From contig JAUNHX010000005.1 in assembly GCA_030523765.1 (NCBI GenBank), positions 5,566 to 69,565 of the forward strand: DNA of 64,000 nucleotides, in the 5' to 3' direction. The stretch comes from Bacteroidales bacterium (GTDB lineage: Bacteria > Bacteroidota > Bacteroidia > Bacteroidales > P3). Positions 48,506 to 57,449 of this stretch are shown piece after piece. Each line of letters opens with the position of its first letter. Position 1 is the stretch's first letter. The notes under the pieces are model-generated. The model worked only from the letters and a program-made list of their open reading frames with translations, did not search any database and was not told the DNA's origin. A program made the translations under genes and the position numbers.

Positions 48506-49603
48506 ATGCAGTATTACTCCATTGGCGACCAAGCTATTGATCAACTGAAACAACAACTGATTGATGTTCAGGTTAAGGCACTCTTCCTTGTTTGTGGAAG
48601 CCATAGTTATTCATCTTCGGGGGCTCAAGCGCTCCTCGATCCTTTCTTTGAAGAACGACATATCCATGTTGATATGTATATAGCGCACGGACCTAATCCC
48701 AAAGAGGAGGATGCCCATAAGGGTGCACTCCTTTTCAACCAGTCAGTCGCCAAGACCATATTGGCTGTAGGGGGTGGTTCGTGTATCGATACTGCCAAAC
48801 TGATAAAGCATTTCTCCAATAAGCCTGAGGCTATACTGATTGCTATCCCTACTACTGCAGGTACTGGATCAGAGGCTACTCCCTTTGCAGTGATGTATGT
48901 TGATGGAGTGAAGAAATCGGTCGATAGTAGTGCTCTCCTTCCGAACAGCGCCTACATCTATCCTCCTTTCACCTATGGCAATAGTCCCTATCTAACCGCT
49001 TGTACGGGATTCGATGCGTTGGCGCAAGCCATAGAGGCATATTGGAATATTCACTCAACTCCAGAATCAGACGAGTATGCACTCAAAGCGATGGGTCTGC
49101 TTCGCGAAACCCTTCCTCTCCTCCTTCAAAACCCATCAGAGTCACGCCCCGATACTCCGTTGCTGAGATCCCGTCTTGCTGATGGAGCCTATTGGGCAGG
49201 TCGTGCTATTGCTATTAGCCGCACCACAGCACCACATGCTTTCTCCTATTATCTCACCTCTCGTCATGGCTATCCTCACGGCCATGCTGTGGCCGCCACT
49301 TTCCCCTTCTTTTATGAGTTCAATACACAGTGTCCTGCCGAAGATTACCTGGGTGACGATTTTGAATTGTATCAAGATAAGATGGAGATGATGAAATTGA
49401 TTTTGGCTCTACCCAATGCAGCCGCCTTCGATTTCTTCCTCAACCTTATTGGACTTACCCCATTTGATACTTCTACTATCGATTGGGCCGACTACTTTTC
49501 ACATATCAATATGCAGCGACTCCAAAACAACCCTCGGAGACTGAACGATGGCACAACCGAGCAGTTACAACGATACCTTGATCTCCGATTTAAACTACAA
49601 TAG
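48506..49603 (+). CDS. Iron-containing (group III) alcohol dehydrogenase, probable phosphonoacetaldehyde reductase
   Basis: 365 aa with GGGSCIDTAKL (GGGSxxDxAK) and a His-rich metal site (HAFSY..HGHAVA). It sits right after ppd. The function is inferred from context. Confidence 0.6.
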   Translation: MQYYSIGDQAIDQLKQQLIDVQVKALFLVCGSHSYSSSGAQALLDPFFEERHIHVDMYIAHGPNPKEEDAHKGALLFNQSVAKTILAVGGGSCIDTAKLIKHFSNKPEAILIAIPTTAGTGSEATPFAVMYVDGVKKSVDSSALLPNSAYIYPPFTYGNSPYLTACTGFDALAQAIEAYWNIHSTPESDEYALKAMGLLRETLPLLLQNPSESRPDTPLLRSRLADGAYWAGRAIAISRTTAPHAFSYYLTSRHGYPHGHAVAATFPFFYEFNTQCPAEDYLGDDFELYQDKMEMMKLILALPNAAAFDFFLNLIGLTPFDTSTIDWADYFSHINMQRLQNNPRRLNDGTTEQLQRYLDLRFKLQ

Positions 49604-49631
49604 ATAACACTCCGTTAAAACACCTTGTTAT

Positions 49632-50327
49632 ATGAACAAAGACTTCCTTGCTAAAATAGCTATCCGCTTAGGCGTATACGAACCTTTGATGAAACTGGAT
49701 ACCAAACTGATTAATAAACGTCAGAATAAAGCGTTTATTCGATATGGCCTCGATGCATTGGTAACTGCCGATAAGGTGGCTACCGATTGTGGGGCTCAAC
49801 TGTTTCTCTGTTTCGGTTCTCTGCTAGGTGCCTATCGTGAGAAGGGTTGGATCCCCTTCGATTACGATCTTGATACGGGAATGATGTACGAACAGCGCCC
49901 CGCTAATTTCCCTCAAATGATGGAGGCTGCAGGTTTTACTTTGCTACGCAGTTACTATATTGGCACAAGCAAGCGGATTACGGAAGATAAGTTCGATTAT
50001 AAGGGAGTGCATATCGATGTGCACTATTATTATAACGATGATAAGGAGCACACTTGTTGCTGTGAGCTGACCATACCTCACGAAAGCAAAGATTGGCGTA
50101 CGGCTAATGCTACTGATGGATTCCCCTCGATTATCAGATCTTGTCCTCAAACAGAATTTGAGCGAGGCAACTTCTTAGGACATCAGATCTATATGCCTGT
50201 CAAGACGAAAGAATGGCTGGAAACGCTGTATGGAGAATCATTCATGACACCCGACCCTAAATGGACGATGAACAACCATAAGAAATTGTCTACCACTTAT
50301 GGTGAGCGGGTATATCGTACTTCATAA
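49632..50327 (+). CDS. licD: LicD-family phosphotransferase
   Basis: 231 aa. LCFGSLLGAYREKGWIPFDYDLDTGM matches the LicD nucleotidyltransferase-fold motif with DxD. Confidence 0.7.
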   Translation: MNKDFLAKIAIRLGVYEPLMKLDTKLINKRQNKAFIRYGLDALVTADKVATDCGAQLFLCFGSLLGAYREKGWIPFDYDLDTGMMYEQRPANFPQMMEAAGFTLLRSYYIGTSKRITEDKFDYKGVHIDVHYYYNDDKEHTCCCELTIPHESKDWRTANATDGFPSIIRSCPQTEFERGNFLGHQIYMPVKTKEWLETLYGESFMTPDPKWTMNNHKKLSTTYGERVYRTS

Positions 50328-50370
50328 TGATTAGGCGTAGTTGCATCATATACCATTTACGATAAAAGAA

Positions 50371-50399
50371 AAAGGAGCTAAGCAGCTCCTTTCTTTTTT
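50371..50399. terminator. Bidirectional rho-independent terminator after licD
   Basis: aaaggagct-aagc-agctccttt, flanked by an A-run on the left and cttttttt on the right. Confidence 0.8.
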
Positions 50400-50455
50400 A
50401 TATAGTAATCATTAATATATTTATATAACTATATATATTGATATCTATTACTCTA

Positions 50456-50535
50456 TAAATCCATTAAACTTCAAATCCATTAATCGATTAACCTATTAAG
50501 CTATCAACCTATTATGCAACTAAGCTAGCAATCTA
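50456..50535. repeat. Degenerate 16-bp tandem repeat, about 5 units
   Basis: taaatccattaaactt / caaatccattaatcga / ttaacctattaagcta / tcaacctattatgcaa / ctaagctagcaatcta. The array ends at the GT4 stop codon. Confidence 0.6.
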
Positions 50536-51663
50536 CTAATCTTCCAAAACCGACTTGAACTTGTCGTACATACGATCAGCTGAGTACTGTTCAAGGAAGA
50601 TGGTTCTAGCGTATTCGTTGAAACGGGGACGAGGATGCTGACAGAAGTCGTTGATGGTTTCAATAAACTCGTTGGCAGTGAGGCAACAAGCTCCGGCTTT
50701 CGAATAGTCGAGATCGTAGCCACTCCAAGCTTCGGGGGTACCGATAATATTTTTTCCATACATGAGACTCTCGCAAGTTTTTACCTTCATTCCGCTTCCC
50801 TTGAAGATGGGTAATACCATAATATCGGCTGCTTCGAAGAGAGGTCTTAGATCGGGGACGTTGCTTAGAATGTCGATTTCGGGACGAATCCAATCAGCCT
50901 CTTTCAGTTTGTCCATTCCTTTACCCACCACTTGCATGCGGATAGAAACGTGAGGTAGCACCTGCTTCACGAACCATTCGATGCCCTCTACGTTGGCAGG
51001 GAAATAGGCACCGAGGAACATACATAGCGGGGGAGTAGAGGTGGTGTCGGATTGAGGAGAAGTAGGGGATTGATAACGATCCACAAAAGCGATGGGAATC
51101 AACTGGTTCGCACGTCGTCCGTAGCGACGGAAAAGCTCATCATCATCGCGACGACTGAGGGCGATCGTACGATCGGCATATCGGCAACTCCATCGATCGT
51201 TGCGATTGGCACATGAAACGACAAGCCATCGCATAGGGTTGAGGGAGAGCTGCTTCGAGAAGAGCGAGAACGAGAGCTGCGAGTATTTGGCTGAGAAATA
51301 GACAGCCTCCACATTATGGAAGAAACAGATAACCCGTCCTTTATAGTTGGTTTTCTTTAGCCGTTTTGCAATGATGCCGAAAACGGAGCGATCAACAAAC
51401 ACCACATCGTATGACTGTGCTTTGTTTACTATTTCGCGAACCCTTTTGGGTGTAAGTCCGAAATAGTAACCCAAAGGCATATAGATCACACCTTGCAAAT
51501 ATTCCCACATACTGCGCTTGTGAGCTTCATCGTGGATGAAGTAAGTGTCTACCTTTTCGATACCAGCAATCTGACTCAACACAGTGTGGTTCAATTCACT
51601 CGCTTTCTCGCCCCCTTCGGGAACGCCGCGTGTCTTCTTATATCGGATGATCAGTATTTTCAT
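50536..51663 (-). CDS. Glycosyltransferase, GT4-like (GT-B fold)
   Basis: 375 aa with the C-terminal motif LPIFKGSGMKVKTCESLMYGKNIIGTPEA, typical of GT1/GT4 enzymes. Its start overlaps the upstream yfhO-like stop by 4 nt. Confidence 0.7.
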   Translation of the reverse strand: MKILIIRYKKTRGVPEGGEKASELNHTVLSQIAGIEKVDTYFIHDEAHKRSMWEYLQGVIYMPLGYYFGLTPKRVREIVNKAQSYDVVFVDRSVFGIIAKRLKKTNYKGRVICFFHNVEAVYFSAKYSQLSFSLFSKQLSLNPMRWLVVSCANRNDRWSCRYADRTIALSRRDDDELFRRYGRRANQLIPIAFVDRYQSPTSPQSDTTSTPPLCMFLGAYFPANVEGIEWFVKQVLPHVSIRMQVVGKGMDKLKEADWIRPEIDILSNVPDLRPLFEAADIMVLPIFKGSGMKVKTCESLMYGKNIIGTPEAWSGYDLDYSKAGACCLTANEFIETINDFCQHPRPRFNEYARTIFLEQYSADRMYDKFKSVLED

Positions 51664-54173
51664 TGTTTCTTCTTTCGATAAACGAGGAATATGGCACCAC
51701 CAGCCAATAGGATGAGCAAGATAGAACTTGCGATAGTGACAGTATTCATCTTATGGAAGAGCGGAGCCTCATTCTTGAATTCAATCACGTGGTCTCCTGC
51801 AGGAATCACCATAGCACGGAGGATATAGTTGGCGCGGATATAATCGGCCGGTTTGCCATCAATATAGGCACGCCAATCGGGCTCGTAGTAGATCTCACTG
51901 AATACCGCAATTTGGTCGCTGCTAGTATGTGTAGTATACTTAAGGTAATCAGGATTGTAAGGAGTTTGGTGCTCCATTACGATAGTGTTGTTGCTATCGG
52001 TGCTGATGGCGTTGTTTGACAACGAGAACTCAGAGGTATTGATAATAGCGGTAGTGGCGGGATTGAAACCGTTAATGGCTAAAATCTCTTCGTCGGCATT
52101 CGAAACAGCCTTCACATTGCTCACGAACCACGCGTTGCCCAATGCTTCAGGATTGCGTTGAACCTGTCCGCCTTGCACTACAATATATTTAGCGTTGAGC
52201 ATATTGAGGACAGGCATACTGATACGACTCGAAAGGTAGAAATCAATGATGTCTTGATAGCGACGCATCTTAACAGCGCTATATCCACCCACTTGGCGAT
52301 GGAAAGCGGCAGGTTTGCTGTCGTTGAAGGTGTTGGTAGCGAGGTTCAGCACACGATAGTTTTCATCGCCAAACTGAGCAGCCATCTTGTCAATCTCATA
52401 ATCCCATGAATCGGGTTTCAGTTTGAGTTGCTGTTCACTCACATAGTTCTTATCATTGACATAGCGACGATCAACACCCCAAAGATCAATAACCACCAAC
52501 AGCATCAAAGCAATAGTAAGATAGGTGGCTAAATTGGAAGAGCCAGTAGCGTTCTTTTTGGTATTAGCACCTACTTTTCGTAGATAGAACCAAAGAAGAG
52601 CGAAGGCCAAGACTACAAAGAGCAGCGAACGCCAAGTATCGCTAACGAACAGTGCTTTACGATCTTGGATAAAGATATCCTGGATTTGTTGCCACTGATT
52701 GCCGTACTGTGGAGCCATCTGATCATCGGCAGCACCAGTAAAGGAGAGAGAGCCACTAACGAGAAGTCCAATGAGGAGCATAGCAGCAGTAACTCCACCG
52801 CCAATATATAAAGCGAGACGTTTGCGCTTGATGTCCACCTGATCAGAAAACATCTGTTTGAGACCCAAGATAGCCATCAAAACCATACATACGTTGGCTA
52901 GCACAAGACTCATGCTAGGGGTACGGAATTTATTATAGAAAGGTAAGTGGTTGAATATCCATTCATTGAAAGGCATTAGATTACGTCCCCACGACATGAG
53001 AATAGCCAGAAGGGTAGCAGCCAGCAACCACCAACGCTCAGGCCCAGGTACCAAGATGAGACCTATCATAAATAGGAAAATGATGATAGCACCAAAATAA
53101 ACAGGTCCGCTAGTAAACGGCTGATCGCCCCAATAGAGAGGCATATTTTCCTGATGGAAAGCTTTATAGGAGGCACTCTCTGTACTTACTGGCTCACCGC
53201 TACCACCACCCATAGCACCAGGCACGAGGAGGGTATAGGTTTCACCAACGCCATAACTCCACGAGAAAGCGTAGTCGATTTCCAAACCATTCTTCTCTTT
53301 CTTATCGCTCTTAGTTGCAGCATTCGCGTTGCCCTCTAAAGCATCGGGAGTAACGGTGATAGCGTTACCACCACGCATCGTATAGTCGGTATACTGTTTG
53401 CTTACCATCAGCGCACGAGCGTTACATCCAAAAGCGAGGACACAACCCAACAGAAGCACACCCACACCAATCATCATCTTGGGGAAATACTTATCCTTGA
53501 TGGCATAAACCAAATGAGCTATGCCCAGCAACACAGCACCAATAAGCGTATAGTAGGTAATCTGAATATGGTTGAAGTTGAGTTGCAAACCCAAAGCCAA
53601 CGTGAAGAGGAGTCCTCCCCAAAGCCAGTCTTTCCGTTTGTCGCGTCCCTCTTGGGGTTTGCGCATACAGAGCGCCATACCTGCCAAGATAGGAGCCATC
53701 ATTGCCATAGCCCAAGCCTTCGATATATGTCCTGCTTCAACAATAATGATATTATAGCTACCCAATCCGAAGGCCAAAGCACCGAGGGCAGAGAGTAGGG
53801 GAGAGCACCCCAGTAGTATCAAAGCCAAATAGAAGCCTACCAAATAGAGAAAGAGCACACCGATAGTGCGTCCCCATCCAAACATTTCTAGGTTGGCAGC
53901 CTTACGCAGAGGCGACATGATGCTTTGCATAGGAGGATTACCGCCCACCTGATAGATAGGCATACCACCAAACATAGCGCTGTTCCAAAGCGCATATTCG
54001 CCCGTTTGAGCATGATAGTCTTTGGTCTCCTTAACCATTGCTTCAAATTTCTGGGTATCGCCCTGATACATTTCTTCACCACTCAAGATGGGAGAGAAGT
54101 AGATGCAAGCTATGGCGAAGAAGCCGAGGATGATGCCTGCATGAAGGAGAATTTTCTTTGTCTTGGGATTCAT
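51660..54173 (-). CDS. YfhO-family polytopic membrane protein (putative glycan/lipid-linked sugar transferase)
   Basis: 837 aa with about 13 TM segments in the N-terminal 560 aa, a large extracytoplasmic C-terminal domain, and a final TM. The N-terminus (FSPILSGEEMYQGDTQKF...WNSAMFGGMP) is typical of Bacteroidota YfhO-like proteins. Confidence 0.65.
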   Translation of the reverse strand: MNPKTKKILLHAGIILGFFAIACIYFSPILSGEEMYQGDTQKFEAMVKETKDYHAQTGEYALWNSAMFGGMPIYQVGGNPPMQSIMSPLRKAANLEMFGWGRTIGVLFLYLVGFYLALILLGCSPLLSALGALAFGLGSYNIIIVEAGHISKAWAMAMMAPILAGMALCMRKPQEGRDKRKDWLWGGLLFTLALGLQLNFNHIQITYYTLIGAVLLGIAHLVYAIKDKYFPKMMIGVGVLLLGCVLAFGCNARALMVSKQYTDYTMRGGNAITVTPDALEGNANAATKSDKKEKNGLEIDYAFSWSYGVGETYTLLVPGAMGGGSGEPVSTESASYKAFHQENMPLYWGDQPFTSGPVYFGAIIIFLFMIGLILVPGPERWWLLAATLLAILMSWGRNLMPFNEWIFNHLPFYNKFRTPSMSLVLANVCMVLMAILGLKQMFSDQVDIKRKRLALYIGGGVTAAMLLIGLLVSGSLSFTGAADDQMAPQYGNQWQQIQDIFIQDRKALFVSDTWRSLLFVVLAFALLWFYLRKVGANTKKNATGSSNLATYLTIALMLLVVIDLWGVDRRYVNDKNYVSEQQLKLKPDSWDYEIDKMAAQFGDENYRVLNLATNTFNDSKPAAFHRQVGGYSAVKMRRYQDIIDFYLSSRISMPVLNMLNAKYIVVQGGQVQRNPEALGNAWFVSNVKAVSNADEEILAINGFNPATTAIINTSEFSLSNNAISTDSNNTIVMEHQTPYNPDYLKYTTHTSSDQIAVFSEIYYEPDWRAYIDGKPADYIRANYILRAMVIPAGDHVIEFKNEAPLFHKMNTVTIASSILLILLAGGAIFLVYRKKKQ

Positions 54174-54221
54174 GATTTGGAATTATCTTTAATCTTTTTT
54201 TATTCTAGGAAAAGGAAAGAA

Positions 54222-56267
54222 CTATTTTGTTTTTTCGTTGGCAACCGGATAGGCAACCCTTACGTGATAGATGCTCATAATCTTTTCGGTAAGGAACTTG
54301 CGTATGCGGGTAATATCGTTGTAGGTGATATTGCAGTAGTTAAGTTGTTTCTCACGTATCTTGCCATCAATGATGTTGTTTACCATTTGCTCTATATCCT
54401 CGCGAGTAGGATCTTTGAGACTCTTGGTAGCTGCTTCCACCGAGTCAACGATCATCACCACAGCCGTCTCGCGCGAGAAGGGTGCAGGACCCGCATAGCG
54501 GAACACCTCCATATCAGGCTCTTGATTGGGATGCTCCTGTTTCCATTTGGCGTAGAAATAGCCTGTAAGGGTAGTTCCGTGATGGGTGCGGATAAAATCG
54601 GTGACATCTGCAGGGAGATGATATTTCTTAGCTAAAGCAATGCCATCGCGCACATGTTGGGTGATGATGCGGGCACTCTCTTCATAGTCGAGATTATCGT
54701 GCGGGTTGAATCCCGACTTCTGGTTTTCAGTGAAATATAGTGGAGCTTCCGTTTTTCCGATATCATGATAGAGGGCACCTACGCGTGCCAACAGCGAATT
54801 GCCACCAATCTCGTTGACCAAATCTTCCGCAATATTGGCCACTTGCATTGAATGCTGGAAAGTGCCAGGAGCACGACGCGATAGTTCGCGTAGTGCAGGA
54901 GTATTGGTCGACGATATCTCCATCAGCGTCATTGCAGTAGTGATGCCAAACATTTTCTCGAACACAAAAATGAGAGGTAGTGAGAGCAGCAGAAGAACTC
55001 CGTTCACACCAAACATCAAGTAGCGCTGACCTGTGATATTGGCCAAATGGGTATCTTGCATCAGCACACCAGCGGTATAGATAATACTATAGGTGGCGAA
55101 GATGATAAGCGAGACGGTAAGGAAGCGACTGCTACGATCGTAGTTGCGCACCGATACCAACGCCATAATGCCCGCAATAATCTGATAGAAGATAAACTCG
55201 TAGCTGTTGGGAACAAGGTTGGCTAAGATAATGACAGCCGTAAGGTGAATATACAAAGCCACACGACGATCAAAGAAGACACGCATCAGTATGGGAATGA
55301 TACACATAGGAGCTGCCAATATCCAATCGGGAGCAAACCAAAGGAAGAGGGCCACGATGGCCGACATCATCAGTATGATGATAAACACGAAGGTTACTTT
55401 TCTATTATCCTCAAGGATAGGATGACGCGTAATGTGGAGGAACATATAGAGAGCCACGAAAGCCAAGATGCAGAGAATAGCCAACCCAATCCAGTGGTTG
55501 AGAATATTATAGTTCTCAGCATCGCGCGAACGGCTCTGCTCTTCGAGTGTACGTAGGGTTTCGGCTTTTGCCTTATCTATATAGTCGCCTTTGGCAATAA
55601 TCAGCTCACCTTGCTGAATCATATTCGATGCATAGTTGAGTTGTGATAACCGCGAGTCGAGTTCCAACTGAGTGCGAGCAGCCTCGTAGTGAATCGAAGG
55701 CACCAAACATTGACGCAACAAAGAGGCTCGCTGCTCCATCATCCCATCATCAGCGCTGCCCCATCCGTAGTGGATAATCTCCTCTTCAATCTTGTCGGGT
55801 GTAGCATATTCGGAAGCCAAATGCTCCGAACCAATGTTGCCATCCAAAAGCACAAGGGTATGCCCCTCAATATCGCCCATATCGGAGGGCACCTCCAAAT
55901 ATCCTTGACGATAAATATTGTGTGCCACCAATCGAGCCATCCGCCTATCCTGCCAACTTAGCTTAGCACTATCTATGTGAGTCATAGCGATAGCCTCAGC
56001 GGTAGAGTCGATTGTATAGAAAAGCATCGACTCCTGTCGCAGCGCTGCCTCTTCCCGTTTCATCTCATCCTCATCTTTGGGGATCACAAAACTGAAAGGA
56101 GCAAAAAGGTCATCGCTGGTCCAAAAACCACCAGTGGTATAGGTGTAGTGAATACTCTGATTGCCGCTAGGAAACATCAGTATGATGATCGATACCGTTA
56201 CCAGCATAGCCACAATCTTGTATATGCTCGAGAGGTGAGGCACTATATTATGGAGCAATTTCCTCAT
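54222..56267 (-). CDS. 7TM-receptor/HD-domain phosphohydrolase (PgpH/YqfF-like, HDIG)
   Basis: 681 aa with an extracellular N-domain, 7 TM helices, and an HD domain HSMQVANIAE...GALYHDIGK. Confidence 0.8.
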   Translation of the reverse strand: MRKLLHNIVPHLSSIYKIVAMLVTVSIIILMFPSGNQSIHYTYTTGGFWTSDDLFAPFSFVIPKDEDEMKREEAALRQESMLFYTIDSTAEAIAMTHIDSAKLSWQDRRMARLVAHNIYRQGYLEVPSDMGDIEGHTLVLLDGNIGSEHLASEYATPDKIEEEIIHYGWGSADDGMMEQRASLLRQCLVPSIHYEAARTQLELDSRLSQLNYASNMIQQGELIIAKGDYIDKAKAETLRTLEEQSRSRDAENYNILNHWIGLAILCILAFVALYMFLHITRHPILEDNRKVTFVFIIILMMSAIVALFLWFAPDWILAAPMCIIPILMRVFFDRRVALYIHLTAVIILANLVPNSYEFIFYQIIAGIMALVSVRNYDRSSRFLTVSLIIFATYSIIYTAGVLMQDTHLANITGQRYLMFGVNGVLLLLSLPLIFVFEKMFGITTAMTLMEISSTNTPALRELSRRAPGTFQHSMQVANIAEDLVNEIGGNSLLARVGALYHDIGKTEAPLYFTENQKSGFNPHDNLDYEESARIITQHVRDGIALAKKYHLPADVTDFIRTHHGTTLTGYFYAKWKQEHPNQEPDMEVFRYAGPAPFSRETAVVMIVDSVEAATKSLKDPTREDIEQMVNNIIDGKIREKQLNYCNITYNDITRIRKFLTEKIMSIYHVRVAYPVANEKTK

Positions 56268-56334
56268 TGCAATTCTGTTTTTTATTATTGATACATAGTA
56301 CTATCCATTCATAGTACTTTTTAAATGCAAAGTG

Positions 56335-56342
56335 CAAAGATA
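56335..56342 (-). promoter_or_regulatory. -7 box TATCTTTG upstream of the pgpH-like gene
   Basis: The minus strand reads gaTATCTTTGcactttgc, about 68 nt before ATG 56267. Confidence 0.55.
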
Positions 56343-56425
56343 TCAATTTTTTTCCATATAGAACCAAACAACACATTTTTTTATTCCTCATCGTGGTTTT
56401 TCCCTCCACAATTTGACTCAGAATA

Positions 56426-56469
56426 AAGTTAGAGCTAATTTAGAGTTAAGTTAGAGTTAGGTTAGACAT
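56426..56469. repeat. 11-bp phased tandem repeat x4 (TTAGAG core)
   Basis: aagttagagct / aatttagagtt / aagttagagtt / aggttagacat, in the divergent pgpH-like / kdsA control region. Confidence 0.7.
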
Positions 56470-56534
56470 GAACATTATGTAAAAAGGAGTCATAGGGTGA
56501 CGATAAAAAGATTTGCCGTTCAAAAATAACTTCG

Positions 56535-56542
56535 TAACTTTG
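56535..56542 (+). promoter_or_regulatory. -7 box TAACTTTG upstream of kdsA
   Basis: cgTAACTTTGcaaaacg, about 100 nt before ATG 56645. Confidence 0.6.
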
Positions 56543-56644
56543 CAAAACGAAATTTTCTTGTCAAACAGCTCTATTCAATAGGGCGAGAGTAAAGAAAATG
56601 GGTGAAAAATAGAACTTTGAAACGATCCAATACCAAAACAGACA

Positions 56645-57406
56645 ATGAAGAAGAATCCTGTTATTATTGCCGGCCCGTGCGTTATCGAATCGATGGAATG
56701 CCTCGAAGAGGTGGCTGCAACGATTGTGGACATCAATAAGAAATATGGTGTCGATATCATCTTCAAATCGTCGTTCGATAAAGCCAACCGTACCAGTTTG
56801 CGATCGTTTCGCGGTCCTGGACTTGAGAAAGGGCTTCAGATGCTTTCCGATATCAAAACGAAATATGGGTTGCGGCTGCTTACCGATATTCACGAAAGCG
56901 CTCAGGCCGAGGTTGTTGGCAGCGTAGTTGATGTGATTCAGATTCCCGCATTTCTATGCCGTCAAACCGATTTGCTCATAGCTGCTGCCCATACGGGTAA
57001 GATAGTGAATATCAAGAAAGCACAATTCCTTAGCGGACTCGATATGGAGTATCCTGTGCAGAAAGTGCGTGAAAGTGGTAACGATCAGGTTTGGCTCACC
57101 GAACGGGGCAATATGTATGGATACAACAACCTAGTGGTTGATTTTCGAAATATTGCCGATATGAAGCGATTCGCCCCAACAGTAGTGATGGATTGCACCC
57201 ATTCGGTGCAGCGCCCCGGAGCGGCAGGAGGGAAAACGGGCGGAAACCGCGAGTTTGTTCCCGCTATGGCGTTGGCAGCCAAAGCATTTGGCGCCACAGG
57301 CTATTTCTTCGAGGTACACCCCAATCCCGATCAAGCGCAAAGCGATGGAGCCAATATGCTTTATTTGAACCAATTGGAACCAGTAGTAGCCTCACTATTG
57401 GATTGA
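56645..57406 (+). CDS. kdsA: 3-deoxy-8-phosphooctulonate (Kdo-8-P) synthase
   Basis: 253 aa with AGPCVIES, KSSFDKANRTS, QIPAFLCRQTDL and DCTHSVQ motifs. Confidence 0.9.
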   Translation: MKKNPVIIAGPCVIESMECLEEVAATIVDINKKYGVDIIFKSSFDKANRTSLRSFRGPGLEKGLQMLSDIKTKYGLRLLTDIHESAQAEVVGSVVDVIQIPAFLCRQTDLLIAAAHTGKIVNIKKAQFLSGLDMEYPVQKVRESGNDQVWLTERGNMYGYNNLVVDFRNIADMKRFAPTVVMDCTHSVQRPGAAGGKTGGNREFVPAMALAAKAFGATGYFFEVHPNPDQAQSDGANMLYLNQLEPVVASLLD

Positions 57407-57449
57407 AAAGAAACAACAATAACCACAAACATAGACAATTAAACAAAGA

